From positions 234,838-298,837 of the forward strand of contig JAUQQN010000001.1 of NCBI GenBank assembly GCA_030549845.1: a stretch of DNA of 64,000 nucleotides. The letters are read 5' to 3'. Shown here piece after piece: positions 18,308 to 29,214 of the stretch; within the stretch, counting starts at the first letter, position 1, and every line of letters begins with the position of its first letter. Made by a program: the position numbers and the translations under genes. This DNA comes from Patescibacteria group bacterium. GTDB lineage: Bacteria; Patescibacteriota; Minisyncoccia; UBA6257; HR35. The notes below the pieces were generated by a model. That model did not search any database and was not told the DNA's origin. It worked only from the letters and a program-made list of their open reading frames with translations.

Positions 18308-18503
18308 CGACTTCTTCTCCTGCTTCTTCTAAATCTTCAAACTCTTCTTCGAACTCTTCTTCTTCTGGTTCTTCTTCAAACTCATATTCTTCTGTTTCAA
18401 ATTCTTCTTCATCCCACTCTTCTTCATCCCATTCCTCTTCAGCACCTAATTCTTCCTCTTCTAACTCTTCTTCATCCTGAAGCATTACTAATTTCCTTAT
18501 CAT
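18303..18503 (-). CDS. Possible small poly-glutamate-rich acidic protein (66 aa) within a TTC/GAA-type low-complexity repeat
   Basis: Both strands are open across this repeat (poly-E on minus, poly-S on plus). The minus frame is co-oriented with the flanking genes and ends just before the terminator. Coding status is uncertain. Confidence 0.3.
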   Translation of the reverse strand: MIRKLVMLQDEEELEEEELGAEEEWDEEEWDEEEFETEEYEFEEEPEEEEFEEEFEDLEEAGEEVE

Positions 18504-18527
18504 TAGATTCCAATTTTTAATGCGACC

Positions 18528-19241
18528 TCATTTGATATTACTGTAAACCTCATGAATATCTTGGTGCTCTAATAATTCTTCAATTAAATCATTAATTTTA
18601 TTTAAAACTTCTTTGTTATTTTCAATATTAACATAAGTTTTAGGAATTAATTGAATTTCTGTGGATAAAACGTTAATATTTTTATTTTCCAAAATTTCCT
18701 TTAATTTATAAAGGTTATTAATAGATGTGTACAAAATTATTTTATCGTCTTTTTCGTCAAAATCTTCTAAGTAATCTTGCAATTCGACTAAAATTTCATC
18801 TGACAACAAATTTTTATCTATTTCAATAACTCCCTTTTCTTCAAACATCCATAAAACCGAACCAGGTTCTGCTAACTTACTTTCGTATTTATTCAAAATA
18901 TGTTTTATTTCGCTTATTGTCCGATTCTTATTATCGGTTAAACCTTTTGCAATTAGTCCAACTCCAAATGGCGTATAAATTTCTAGCAAAATTTCTTCTA
19001 ATTTAACATCTTCTAATTGACCCTGAGCTTTTTTGATATTTCTTTCAATTGTTTCTTGGGACACACCAAAGTCTTTAGCTCTTTCAATTGCATTTCTAAG
19101 TTTTGGATTATTTTGAGGATCAGGATTTTCCTTTGCAGCAATTAATATAGCATTAATCAATTTTGCAATTAACTGGCTTCTCTTTTTATCAACTATGGCT
19201 TTTTTATGTTTTACTTGAGCCCAATGAGAATGACCAGCCAT
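18528..19241 (-). CDS. yebC: YebC/PmpR-family transcriptional regulator
   Basis: MAGHSHWAQVKHKKAIVDKKRSQLIAKL... is the canonical YebC N-terminus. The start is at the internal M (19241); the ORF is open into the rRNA 3' flank. Confidence 0.85.
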   Translation of the reverse strand: MAGHSHWAQVKHKKAIVDKKRSQLIAKLINAILIAAKENPDPQNNPKLRNAIERAKDFGVSQETIERNIKKAQGQLEDVKLEEILLEIYTPFGVGLIAKGLTDNKNRTISEIKHILNKYESKLAEPGSVLWMFEEKGVIEIDKNLLSDEILVELQDYLEDFDEKDDKIILYTSINNLYKLKEILENKNINVLSTEIQLIPKTYVNIENNKEVLNKINDLIEELLEHQDIHEVYSNIK

Positions 19242-19296
19242 TTTACTAAAGTAGTTATGATAATTAAAAAAGTACAGTTTTCTGCACCTCAGCAAG

Positions 19297-22221
<2,925 letters not shown>

Positions 22222-22421
22222 TTGCTGAGGTACAGAAAACTGTACTTTTCATCAATTACTTTCTTTGTAAATTTAATATAAGGGTGCTATATCCACTTTT
22301 ATTTCTCTAGCTTCTTTGGCTATATTTAGAATAAAAATAAAAGAAAAAATTCAATAACCCTCAAATCTTATCTTTCTTACTAAAATTAATTATATATTAA
22401 ATGTTGATAAATTTCAAGCAA

Positions 22422-23120
22422 TTATTCAAAAAATCTCTCTTTTATTTTATGTAAAGCTTCTTTAGCAAATTCCTGGCCACCTAATCCAAAAGCTAAACCA
22501 AAAGAAATTGCGAATGCCAAAACTACTCCAGCTATTATTAAGCCTATGATTTCCCTGGCTATGTTAAGTTGATACAATGCACTTGCTATACCAAAAATTA
22601 GAACCACATAGAAAATAAATTCAGAAGCTGTTTTAGCTCCCCTTAGCTCTAATCCTTTAAACCAAACATAAGAAACTTTTCTTAAAAAGTCACCTAAAAA
22701 GAATGCAATTATTACAATTACACCACTTACTATTGCATTTGGTAAATAGTTAACTATTTTCACTAAAAAGTCACTTATTTGTCTCCAACCTAAAATGTCA
22801 AAAGCTGGCATCCAAAAAAGTGCCCAGACAACCCAAAATGTTAAAGTACCTAAAAATTCTTCAGTCTTCAATGCAACATTTGTTTTTTCTAACCACTTTT
22901 CAAACCCAATATTTCTTAAAAGATCATTGATTTTTAATCTCTCAACTAACCATCTTATAGCAAACTCAAAGACCTTTGCAACTAAAAACCCTATTATTAC
23001 TATTACTAAGGCTACAACAAATAAAGCTAGGAAATTAAAAATCTTTGCTACATAATTTGCGGTATAAAAACCTAAGAGCTCTAATGGAGTTTGGAATGCA
23101 TAAGGTCCACTTGATGGCAT
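22422..23120 (-). CDS. Hypothetical polytopic membrane protein
   Basis: 232 aa with several predicted TM helices. No secure family assignment. Confidence 0.45.
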   Translation of the reverse strand: MPSSGPYAFQTPLELLGFYTANYVAKIFNFLALFVVALVIVIIGFLVAKVFEFAIRWLVERLKINDLLRNIGFEKWLEKTNVALKTEEFLGTLTFWVVWALFWMPAFDILGWRQISDFLVKIVNYLPNAIVSGVIVIIAFFLGDFLRKVSYVWFKGLELRGAKTASEFIFYVVLIFGIASALYQLNIAREIIGLIIAGVVLAFAISFGLAFGLGGQEFAKEALHKIKERFFE

Positions 23121-23376
23121 ATTTTATTTATTTAACTTTAATCCGATTAGCCATTTCGGCAATCGGATTTTGATTTTTAAGGTTAATTGTTAATTATTAA
23201 TTATTAAAAATTTTAACATACAACTTAAAAAATATTTTTGATATTGTGGATAAGTTATATTTGCTACTTGACTTTGAGGGTTAAAGGGATTATAATTATA
23301 GATTAAATGAGTAAAATTTGTTTGGGAAATAAAAATTATAAAAAATTGTTTATTACAGCAGCCCCGGTTAAGGCTA

Positions 23377-23454
23377 GAGGGGGCCTATTTGGGGTTTAGT
23401 TTAATTATCAAAAATCTAAAACTCCAAATAGGCCCCTAAATAAGGGGCCTTTTT
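23377..23454 (+). promoter_or_regulatory. GC-rich structured leader with mutually exclusive hairpins ending in an intrinsic terminator; candidate attenuator, riboswitch-like element or small RNA
   Basis: GGGGGCCTATTTGGGG (23379-23394) is complementary to CTCCAAATAGGCCCC (23422-23436). The latter overlaps the terminator GGCCCCT-AAATA-AGGGGCC-TTTTT (23431-23454). It lies 24 nt upstream of the ORF at 23478, and is a GC-rich island in AT-rich intergenic DNA. Confidence 0.45.
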
Positions 23455-23477
23455 AAATTAAGTTAAGCGAAATTAAA

Positions 23478-24041
23478 ATGCAAATTTTAGAAAGACTGGA
23501 AAAACTTAATATAGAGAAAATAGATCAAGAAAGGTTAAAAAATTTCTTTTCTAATTTAACCTCTGAAGAGATAGAGGTAATTTTAGATTTAGTTAAAAAT
23601 TTAGATTTTTACAAAATACGAATAGAAAATTTAGATATAGATGATGAAGAATTAAAGAAAAACCTGATTGTAAACTTGGCATTTAGAAATGAAGCAAAAT
23701 CAATCTCAAAAGAATTAATCGAAGTTGAGAGAAATCTTTTAAAAACAATTAATACGTTGCCTTCGGAAATAAAAAGAAAAATTTCTATAGCTTATATTTT
23801 AAAAGGATTGCACATTTTGAATTTAAACAAAAATCAAGAAATATTCAAGTACAAAAAGATAATTTTGAAGTATTTCCATGATCTTGGTGGATTTAAAACA
23901 GGACTTTGGGGAATAAAAATTGATTACGATTTATTTGAAAATATAATAGAAAATATCAATGAAGATCTGATCAGAAAATTAGAAGCAAAAAATAGGGTAT
24001 TAAACAAAGAAGAATTTATAATGCTTAGAAATCTATTTTAA
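23478..24041 (+). CDS. Hypothetical protein
   Basis: 187-aa ORF with no recognisable motif, preceded by the structured leader above. Confidence 0.45.
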   Translation: MQILERLEKLNIEKIDQERLKNFFSNLTSEEIEVILDLVKNLDFYKIRIENLDIDDEELKKNLIVNLAFRNEAKSISKELIEVERNLLKTINTLPSEIKRKISIAYILKGLHILNLNKNQEIFKYKKIILKYFHDLGGFKTGLWGIKIDYDLFENIIENINEDLIRKLEAKNRVLNKEEFIMLRNLF

Positions 24042-25277
24042 AAATAAAACCAAAACTCCTCCTAAAAGTAATGACAAAACTAACCCTATAAAAAGAATCT
24101 TAGCATTTATATTTATCAAGCTGCTTTTTAAAGAAGTCGTTGGGAAATTTATGACTTCTTCTTTGCTTTTGTTTGTATTTTGAAGGACTTGCCTATTATA
24201 AAATAAGAAATCTTCCTTTTCTTTATTATCTTCCAATAAGAAAATATTAGGCTTTCCTGGAGTAGGAATGGTCCAATCCCATCTACCATTTTCATCTCTT
24301 GCAAAACTGCGGTTTTCTTTTGCTTTTCCTTCATATTTTATATAAAAAATTTCTTTCCCATTTTCATCCAATAAAGAAATCTCTTCTCCTTTATTTCTTA
24401 TGCTAAAATTAAATTCTTTTTTTGAAAGCACTTTGTATTCCTTAGGAGCTATTACTCCAGATAATTTTATTTTTTTACTTCCAACTTTTAAAGTAACTTT
24501 TTCTAGATTAATAAAATCATCGCTTGGATTAAAAATTTCTATAAATTCTTCTTCGTCTTTTCCTTCGAGATCTGGTAAAAATTCATTTATTATTAAGTAA
24601 ATTGGTTTTTCTTTTATTTCTTGATTTCCTTTATTTACATCTTCGTTTAAAACTTCTTTTTTATTTAATTCAACTTCTTTTATTTCATTCTCTTTTAAGT
24701 ATTGCGGGTTATTTTCAGTTTGTTTTTTATCTTCTTTGGTTCTCGACTCATTTAAATTAAGTCCTTGAACTTCAGGCTCTGGATAAATTCCAGGAGTTCC
24801 TTTTTCTATCCTCCCTTCTTTTATATTTCCATTTTCATTTATTAAAGAAAAACCATTACCATTTCCACCCATTGAAGAGTTATAGTAAAATTCTGCTAGT
24901 ACATTTTTATTTTCATCCAAAATTTTTATTGTACCTTCTTTGTTATTTAAAGATATAGCTGTCTCAAATATTTTTATGCTTGGATCCAAATTGTATTCTG
25001 ATTTAAAAATATTTTTGTCTTTAACAAATAAAAAAATTTCTCCTTTTCTTATAATGGTATTTTCTCCTTTTAAGATTCTGTAATTTTTACCATCAAATAT
25101 TCTCCATCCTCTTTTCCCTGTTTTAATTTCTATATCTGAATCTAAGTTTATAACCTCTATCCATTCTTTATTCTTATCACTTCCTTTTGGATTGTACATA
25201 ACTTCTGTAATAGAGATTTTAGCTAAAGATACTAAGGGAAAAATAAAAACACAATAAATAATAAATAATCTCTTCAT
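24033..25277 (-). CDS. Secreted protein with two lamin-tail (LTD) domains and a C-terminal membrane anchor
   Basis: Signal peptide, then ISITEVMYNPKGSDKNKEWIEVINLDSDIEIKTGKRGWRI and a second LIINEFLPDLEGKDEEEFIEIFNPSDDFINLEKVTL. These match the LTD consensus (I)NE(V)xYxP.G.D..EWIEL.N...D..GW. C-terminal TM LFIGLVLSLLLGGVLVLFLK. Confidence 0.6.
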   Translation of the reverse strand: MKRLFIIYCVFIFPLVSLAKISITEVMYNPKGSDKNKEWIEVINLDSDIEIKTGKRGWRIFDGKNYRILKGENTIIRKGEIFLFVKDKNIFKSEYNLDPSIKIFETAISLNNKEGTIKILDENKNVLAEFYYNSSMGGNGNGFSLINENGNIKEGRIEKGTPGIYPEPEVQGLNLNESRTKEDKKQTENNPQYLKENEIKEVELNKKEVLNEDVNKGNQEIKEKPIYLIINEFLPDLEGKDEEEFIEIFNPSDDFINLEKVTLKVGSKKIKLSGVIAPKEYKVLSKKEFNFSIRNKGEEISLLDENGKEIFYIKYEGKAKENRSFARDENGRWDWTIPTPGKPNIFLLEDNKEKEDFLFYNRQVLQNTNKSKEEVINFPTTSLKSSLININAKILFIGLVLSLLLGGVLVLFLK

Positions 25278-25316
25278 TGTTTTTTAAATTATAAACAACT
25301 TTATTAAATAAATACC

Positions 25317-25673
25317 TTATTTGGAGTATATAGGTTTGAGTTTCTTTTTGATCTTTTTATCTGAAATCTCTCTAATAAAGTATAATTTTGCTCTTCTTGT
25401 TTTAGTTTTTCCTAATATTTCAATTTTTTTAATCACAGGAGAGTGGTACAGATAAGTCTTTTCCAAATATTGACCAGCTGCTTTACCTCTTACTGTAAAG
25501 GTTTTATTCAATCTATTTCTATTTTTAACAGAAATTATAATACCTTCAAATGGAGAAACTATTTCCTTATCTCCTTCTTTAAAAATTTGCCAAACTTTTA
25601 CAATCATTCCTGGTTCAATTTCTGGTAAATCTTTTCTTTTGAATTTTTCTTCTATTTTTTTTATAACATCCAT
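25317..25673 (-). CDS. rplS: 50S ribosomal protein L19
   Basis: MDVIKKIEEKF...GMIVKVWQIFKEGDKEIVSPFEGIIISVKNRNRLNKTFTVRGKAAGQ is a bL19 fold sequence. The ORF-track N-terminal extension is read-through across two tRNA genes and is not real. Confidence 0.85.
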   Translation of the reverse strand: MDVIKKIEEKFKRKDLPEIEPGMIVKVWQIFKEGDKEIVSPFEGIIISVKNRNRLNKTFTVRGKAAGQYLEKTYLYHSPVIKKIEILGKTKTRRAKLYFIREISDKKIKKKLKPIYSK

Positions 25674-25675
25674 TG

Positions 25676-25748
25676 TGCCCCGGGAGGGATTCGAACCCCC
25701 GACCTCCTGCTTAAAAGGCAGTTGCTCTACCAGCTGAGCTACCGGGGC
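25676..25748 (-). tRNA. tRNA-Lys (anticodon UUU)
   Basis: Hand-folded. GCCCCGG acceptor, anticodon loop CTTTTAA, T arm GGGGG-TTCGAAT-CCCTC. Confidence 0.75.
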
Positions 25749-25750
25749 GT

Positions 25751-25822
25751 TGGACCGGGTGGGAATCGAACCCACAACCTCCGGTGTGCAAAACCGGTGT
25801 TCTGCCATTGAACTACCGGCCC
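25751..25822 (-). tRNA. tRNA-Ala (anticodon UGC) with G3:U70
   Basis: Hand-folded. Acceptor GGGCCGG/CCGGTCC gives the G3:U70 Ala identity pair. Anticodon loop TTTGCAC. Confidence 0.8.
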
Positions 25823-25846
25823 ATTTATTAATATTTCATTATCAAT

Positions 25847-27130
25847 TTAGATTATATCAAAATTTACATACTTAGTTAAGACCTCAGGAATTTTTATATG
25901 GCCATCTTTTGTTTGAAAATTTTCCATGATTGCTATTAATGTTCTTCCTATGGCAAAAGCAGTGCCATTCAAAATATGCACGTATTCAATTTTATTTTTT
26001 CTTTTAACCCTAATATTTAATCTTCGTGCTTGAAAATCTGTAGTATTTGAACAAGAATGTGTTTCTCTGTATCTATTTTCACTTGGAATCCAAGCTTCAA
26101 TATCAAACTTTTCTGCAGCAGGAGGGCCTAAGTCGCCTGTACAAATATGAATAACTCTATAAGGTATCTTAAGTTTTTTCATTAAATACTCTTCTACACT
26201 TAGTAAAAATTTATGTTCTTCTACTGATTTTTCAGGTAAAGTAAAGGATACCATCTCTAGTTTATCAAACTGATGTACTCTTAAAATTCCTCTTACATCT
26301 TTTCCATAACTACCAGCTTCTCTTCTAAAACATGTAGAAAACCCTATAAATCTAATAGGCAGCTCTTTTTCTTCTAAAATTTCATCCTTAAAATATGGTA
26401 CAATAGAATGCTCTGCTGTTCCTACTAAGACCAAATTGTCTTCTGGAATTTTAAAAACTTCAATATCTCCATCATCTATATATCCTAAGCCCCACATTAT
26501 TTCTGGTTTAATCATTACAGGAGGGACTATAGGAATAAATGTTTTTAGCTCTATATTTAACTTATTTTCTTCTATTATGTTTTTAATGGTTTCCGGGTTT
26601 GTTAATTCATCAAAAACGAATTTTACAATAGCAAATTCCAAAATTGCTAGCTTATTTTTAAGATAACCAAATCTTGACCCTGATATTTTACTAGCTCTTT
26701 TTACATCTATAAGATCTAACTCTTCAGCTAAAGTCAAATAATCTTTCAATGAAAAATCAAATTTTGGTTTTTCGCCCTCTTCTTTTATAACAACATTATC
26801 TTCTTCGCTTTCTCCTATTGGCACCCAATCAAAAGGAGGATTTGGTATTTTCCTAGAAATTTCAAAAATTTCTTTTTCTAATTTTTCTATCTCTTCATCT
26901 AAAAACTTAATTTCTTTTTTCAGCTCTCTTAATTTAATTTTTTCTTTATCAGTCAAATTTTTAGTTGATTTAATTTTTAATTGATGTTTTAAATCGTCTC
27001 TTTTTCTTATCAACTTATTTTGCTTTTTTTTCTTTTCTATCAACTCGTCAATATTAACTTCAATATTTTTCTTTTTACAGGCTTCTTTAAAATATTTGGG
27101 GTTTTTTAAAAGCTCTTTTAAATCTATCAT
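25847..27130 (-). CDS. serS: Seryl-tRNA synthetase
   Basis: N-terminal coiled coil and class II catalytic core (FRREAGSYGKDVRGILRVHQFDKLEMVSF, GRTLIAIMENFQ). The start is at MIDLKELL (27130); the ORF is open back to 27166. Confidence 0.9.
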   Translation of the reverse strand: MIDLKELLKNPKYFKEACKKKNIEVNIDELIEKKKKQNKLIRKRDDLKHQLKIKSTKNLTDKEKIKLRELKKEIKFLDEEIEKLEKEIFEISRKIPNPPFDWVPIGESEEDNVVIKEEGEKPKFDFSLKDYLTLAEELDLIDVKRASKISGSRFGYLKNKLAILEFAIVKFVFDELTNPETIKNIIEENKLNIELKTFIPIVPPVMIKPEIMWGLGYIDDGDIEVFKIPEDNLVLVGTAEHSIVPYFKDEILEEKELPIRFIGFSTCFRREAGSYGKDVRGILRVHQFDKLEMVSFTLPEKSVEEHKFLLSVEEYLMKKLKIPYRVIHICTGDLGPPAAEKFDIEAWIPSENRYRETHSCSNTTDFQARRLNIRVKRKNKIEYVHILNGTAFAIGRTLIAIMENFQTKDGHIKIPEVLTKYVNFDII

Positions 27131-27145
27131 TTTTATAATTATAAG

Positions 27146-27814
27146 ATGCAAAAGACAAAACTTCAAAAATTTTCTTTTAAAAATATACTTCTTATAACAT
27201 TCTTATTGATCTTAATTTCTTTCTTTACTTTCTTAATATTCAGTCTTGATTTTGAAATAATAGAAAATAGCAAAATAATTGCCAAAGAGAATTTAATTTT
27301 ATTTCTTCTAACTAAAAATATAGTAGCCAAAAATTTATTTGAACAAGAAGCTGACTTAATTAAGATAAATTATAAATTTGATTTTAGAAATTTCAAAATC
27401 TATGTAGAAAAAATCAAAGAAGAGCCTGTTGCTTTAATATGTTATAAAGATGATTGTTATTTTTTAGGAAAGCATTCTTACATATATAAAAAAAGAAATA
27501 GTTCCTATAAAAATCTTCTTCCAATAAAAAGTTACTATCCTATATATGAAAACTCTTATTTAAAACCGGAGTTAACTAATGCTTTGGTTTTTTTATTTGA
27601 ATATTCAAACTTAAAATTACTGATTTTAAAAGAAATTAAAATACTTTCAAATTTTGATTTACTTGTCAAAACTAAAGATTTTTCTTTCCTCTTAGATCCT
27701 CATAAAAATGTAAAAAATCAATTAAATAAACTTTCTTTCTTTATAGAAAACTACAAAGACACAAATTATTCCTTAATAGATTTAAGAATAAACCACAAAA
27801 TTTTCTTTAAGTAA
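27146..27814 (+). CDS. Hypothetical membrane-anchored protein (possibly FtsQ/DivIB-like)
   Basis: Single N-terminal TM helix followed by a soluble domain. The assignment is weak. Confidence 0.35.
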   Translation: MQKTKLQKFSFKNILLITFLLILISFFTFLIFSLDFEIIENSKIIAKENLILFLLTKNIVAKNLFEQEADLIKINYKFDFRNFKIYVEKIKEEPVALICYKDDCYFLGKHSYIYKKRNSSYKNLLPIKSYYPIYENSYLKPELTNALVFLFEYSNLKLLILKEIKILSNFDLLVKTKDFSFLLDPHKNVKNQLNKLSFFIENYKDTNYSLIDLRINHKIFFK

Positions 27815-27825
27815 TATACTTGTTT

Positions 27826-27993
27826 TTATTTAGGAAGGCAATTTTTGTGATATACAGGCCTTTTAAGATTTCCATTTTCATCTCTATATGGTTCAAAGGG
27901 TAATTCTTCTATTTCCCCTCCACATTTTGCACATAACCATTTTTCTCCGGATTTAGGCCTATACATCCGCCGTCCTCCTTTTTTTGGCCTCAT
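27826..27993 (-). CDS. Small zinc-ribbon-like protein (55 aa), unannotated
   Basis: My translation: MRPKKGGRRMYRPKSGEKWLCAKCGGEIEELPFEPYRDENGNLKRPVYHKNCLPK. Motifs CxxC...HxxC. SD-like GGGAG lies 4 nt before the ATG at 27993. Confidence 0.4.
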   Translation of the reverse strand: MRPKKGGRRMYRPKSGEKWLCAKCGGEIEELPFEPYRDENGNLKRPVYHKNCLPK

Positions 27994-28086
27994 AAACTCC
28001 CAAATTTTTTAATAACCGACGAAAACCAATTATACCACTAATTTTTAAAAATCCAAATCCTAAAATATGCAAAGGAGGGTTAGAAG

Positions 28087-28905
28087 TTAAATTAATTTTT
28101 CTCTTAAAAAAACTATAATTTTATCTACTAGATCAGGGAAGATCTCAAACAAATCTGTACCGTGCGCATCTGAATCTAAGGTTATCAAAGTAGAAGAGGG
28201 GGTTACATTTTTAAATAAATCTAAAGAGCTTGCGCTTTGGAGATCTTTAATACCAGTAATAACCAAAATTTTGGAATCCATCTCTTTTTTTAAAAAATCT
28301 TCTATTTTAATACCTCTATAGTTCAGCCCAGGTGAAATTAAAACTACTGCTTTTATTTCTGAATTTAAAGAAAGAAATTGAAGTGCTATATTAGCTCCTA
28401 TGCTTGCTCCTATTAAAAATTGATTTTCGATGGGGAATCCTCTTTTTTTTAAATATTCACTAGCTGCTTTTACATCATAGATATATTCTTGGTGTTCTTT
28501 ATCTGTAAAATTCTTATAATTTAAAACTCCCTTTACGGAATTTATACTTTCTCCATGGCCTCTGAAATCTATAGCTAAAACAGAGTAACCTGCATCCTGT
28601 AATCTTTTTGCCAATTCACTATAGCTTTCTTTTATTGCTGGCATCATATGAAGTAAAATTCCAGCATATTTACTTTCTTTTGCTTGATAAAAATGACCTA
28701 TTATTTTTACTCCGTCTTCTGTTTGAAATTCTACTTTCTCGAAATTATTTACTTTTTTTAAAGCCTCCTCTTTAGTTGTTTTCTCTTCTTTAATTTTTGC
28801 TTCTTTTAGTGAGGTTGATAAATATTTATTAAAAAAAATCAATATCACACCTAAAATCACTACTACAGAAATTATTAAAAGAACCAAAATATTTATTCTA
28901 ACCAT
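28087..28905 (-). CDS. Alpha/beta hydrolase with N-terminal membrane anchor
   Basis: HGES oxyanion region and GASIGANIAL (GxSxG nucleophile elbow); N-terminal TM helix. Confidence 0.75.
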   Translation of the reverse strand: MVRINILVLLIISVVVILGVILIFFNKYLSTSLKEAKIKEEKTTKEEALKKVNNFEKVEFQTEDGVKIIGHFYQAKESKYAGILLHMMPAIKESYSELAKRLQDAGYSVLAIDFRGHGESINSVKGVLNYKNFTDKEHQEYIYDVKAASEYLKKRGFPIENQFLIGASIGANIALQFLSLNSEIKAVVLISPGLNYRGIKIEDFLKKEMDSKILVITGIKDLQSASSLDLFKNVTPSSTLITLDSDAHGTDLFEIFPDLVDKIIVFLREKLI

Positions 28906-28912
28906 AAATTTG

Positions 28913-28987
28913 CGGGGGCGACGGGATTTGAACCCGCGACCTCAGCCTTGACAGGGCTGCGCGCTAACCAGGCTGCGCCACGCCCCC
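28913..28987 (-). tRNA. tRNA-Asp (anticodon GUC)
   Basis: Hand-folded. Acceptor GGGGGCG, anticodon loop CTGTCAA, T arm GCGGG-TTCAAAT-CCCGT, discriminator G. Confidence 0.8.
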
Positions 28988-29143
28988 ATTTTGTTTTTCA
29001 AGTTTTTTGTATTACTTATTAATTATAAACGAAATTTCATTGTATCTTTTAATAACATCAAATTTTGATATAATATTTATTAAGAAATAATTCAAACTAA
29101 ATTAGCAATTTGATGAAGCTTAACAAAAATATAAACTACATAC

Positions 29144-29214
29144 CGCGGGGTGGTGGAGTAGTACCACGCGGGTCTCATAAGCCCGAGGCGCCGGTGCAAT
29201 TCCGGCCCCCGCAA
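29144..29214 (+). tRNA. Initiator tRNA-fMet (anticodon CAU)
   Basis: Hand-folded. Acceptor CGCGGGG/CCCCGCA gives the bacterial-initiator C1xA72 mismatch, and three consecutive G:C pairs in the anticodon stem. It is very similar to E. coli tRNA-fMet at the acceptor and anticodon arm, with an unusual T loop TGCAATT. A TGaTATAAT extended -10 lies about 70 nt upstream. Confidence 0.75.

Noticed and set aside
18277-18480. Plus-strand poly-serine ORF (67 aa)
   Set aside because: It is the opposite-strand reading of the (TTC)n-like repeat. The flanking genes and the terminator orientation favour the minus strand, if the region is coding at all.
25674-25808. N-terminal 45-aa extension of the rplS ORF (MAEHRFCTPEVVGSIPTRSN...)
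   Set aside because: It is translation across the tRNA-Lys and tRNA-Ala genes. L19 starts at MDVIKK (25673).
29044-29090. Putative promoter (TGaTATAAT extended -10) upstream of tRNA-fMet
   Set aside because: It is plausible but not reported as a feature. AT-rich DNA contains many TATAAT-like hexamers, and there is no -35 element or transcript evidence.
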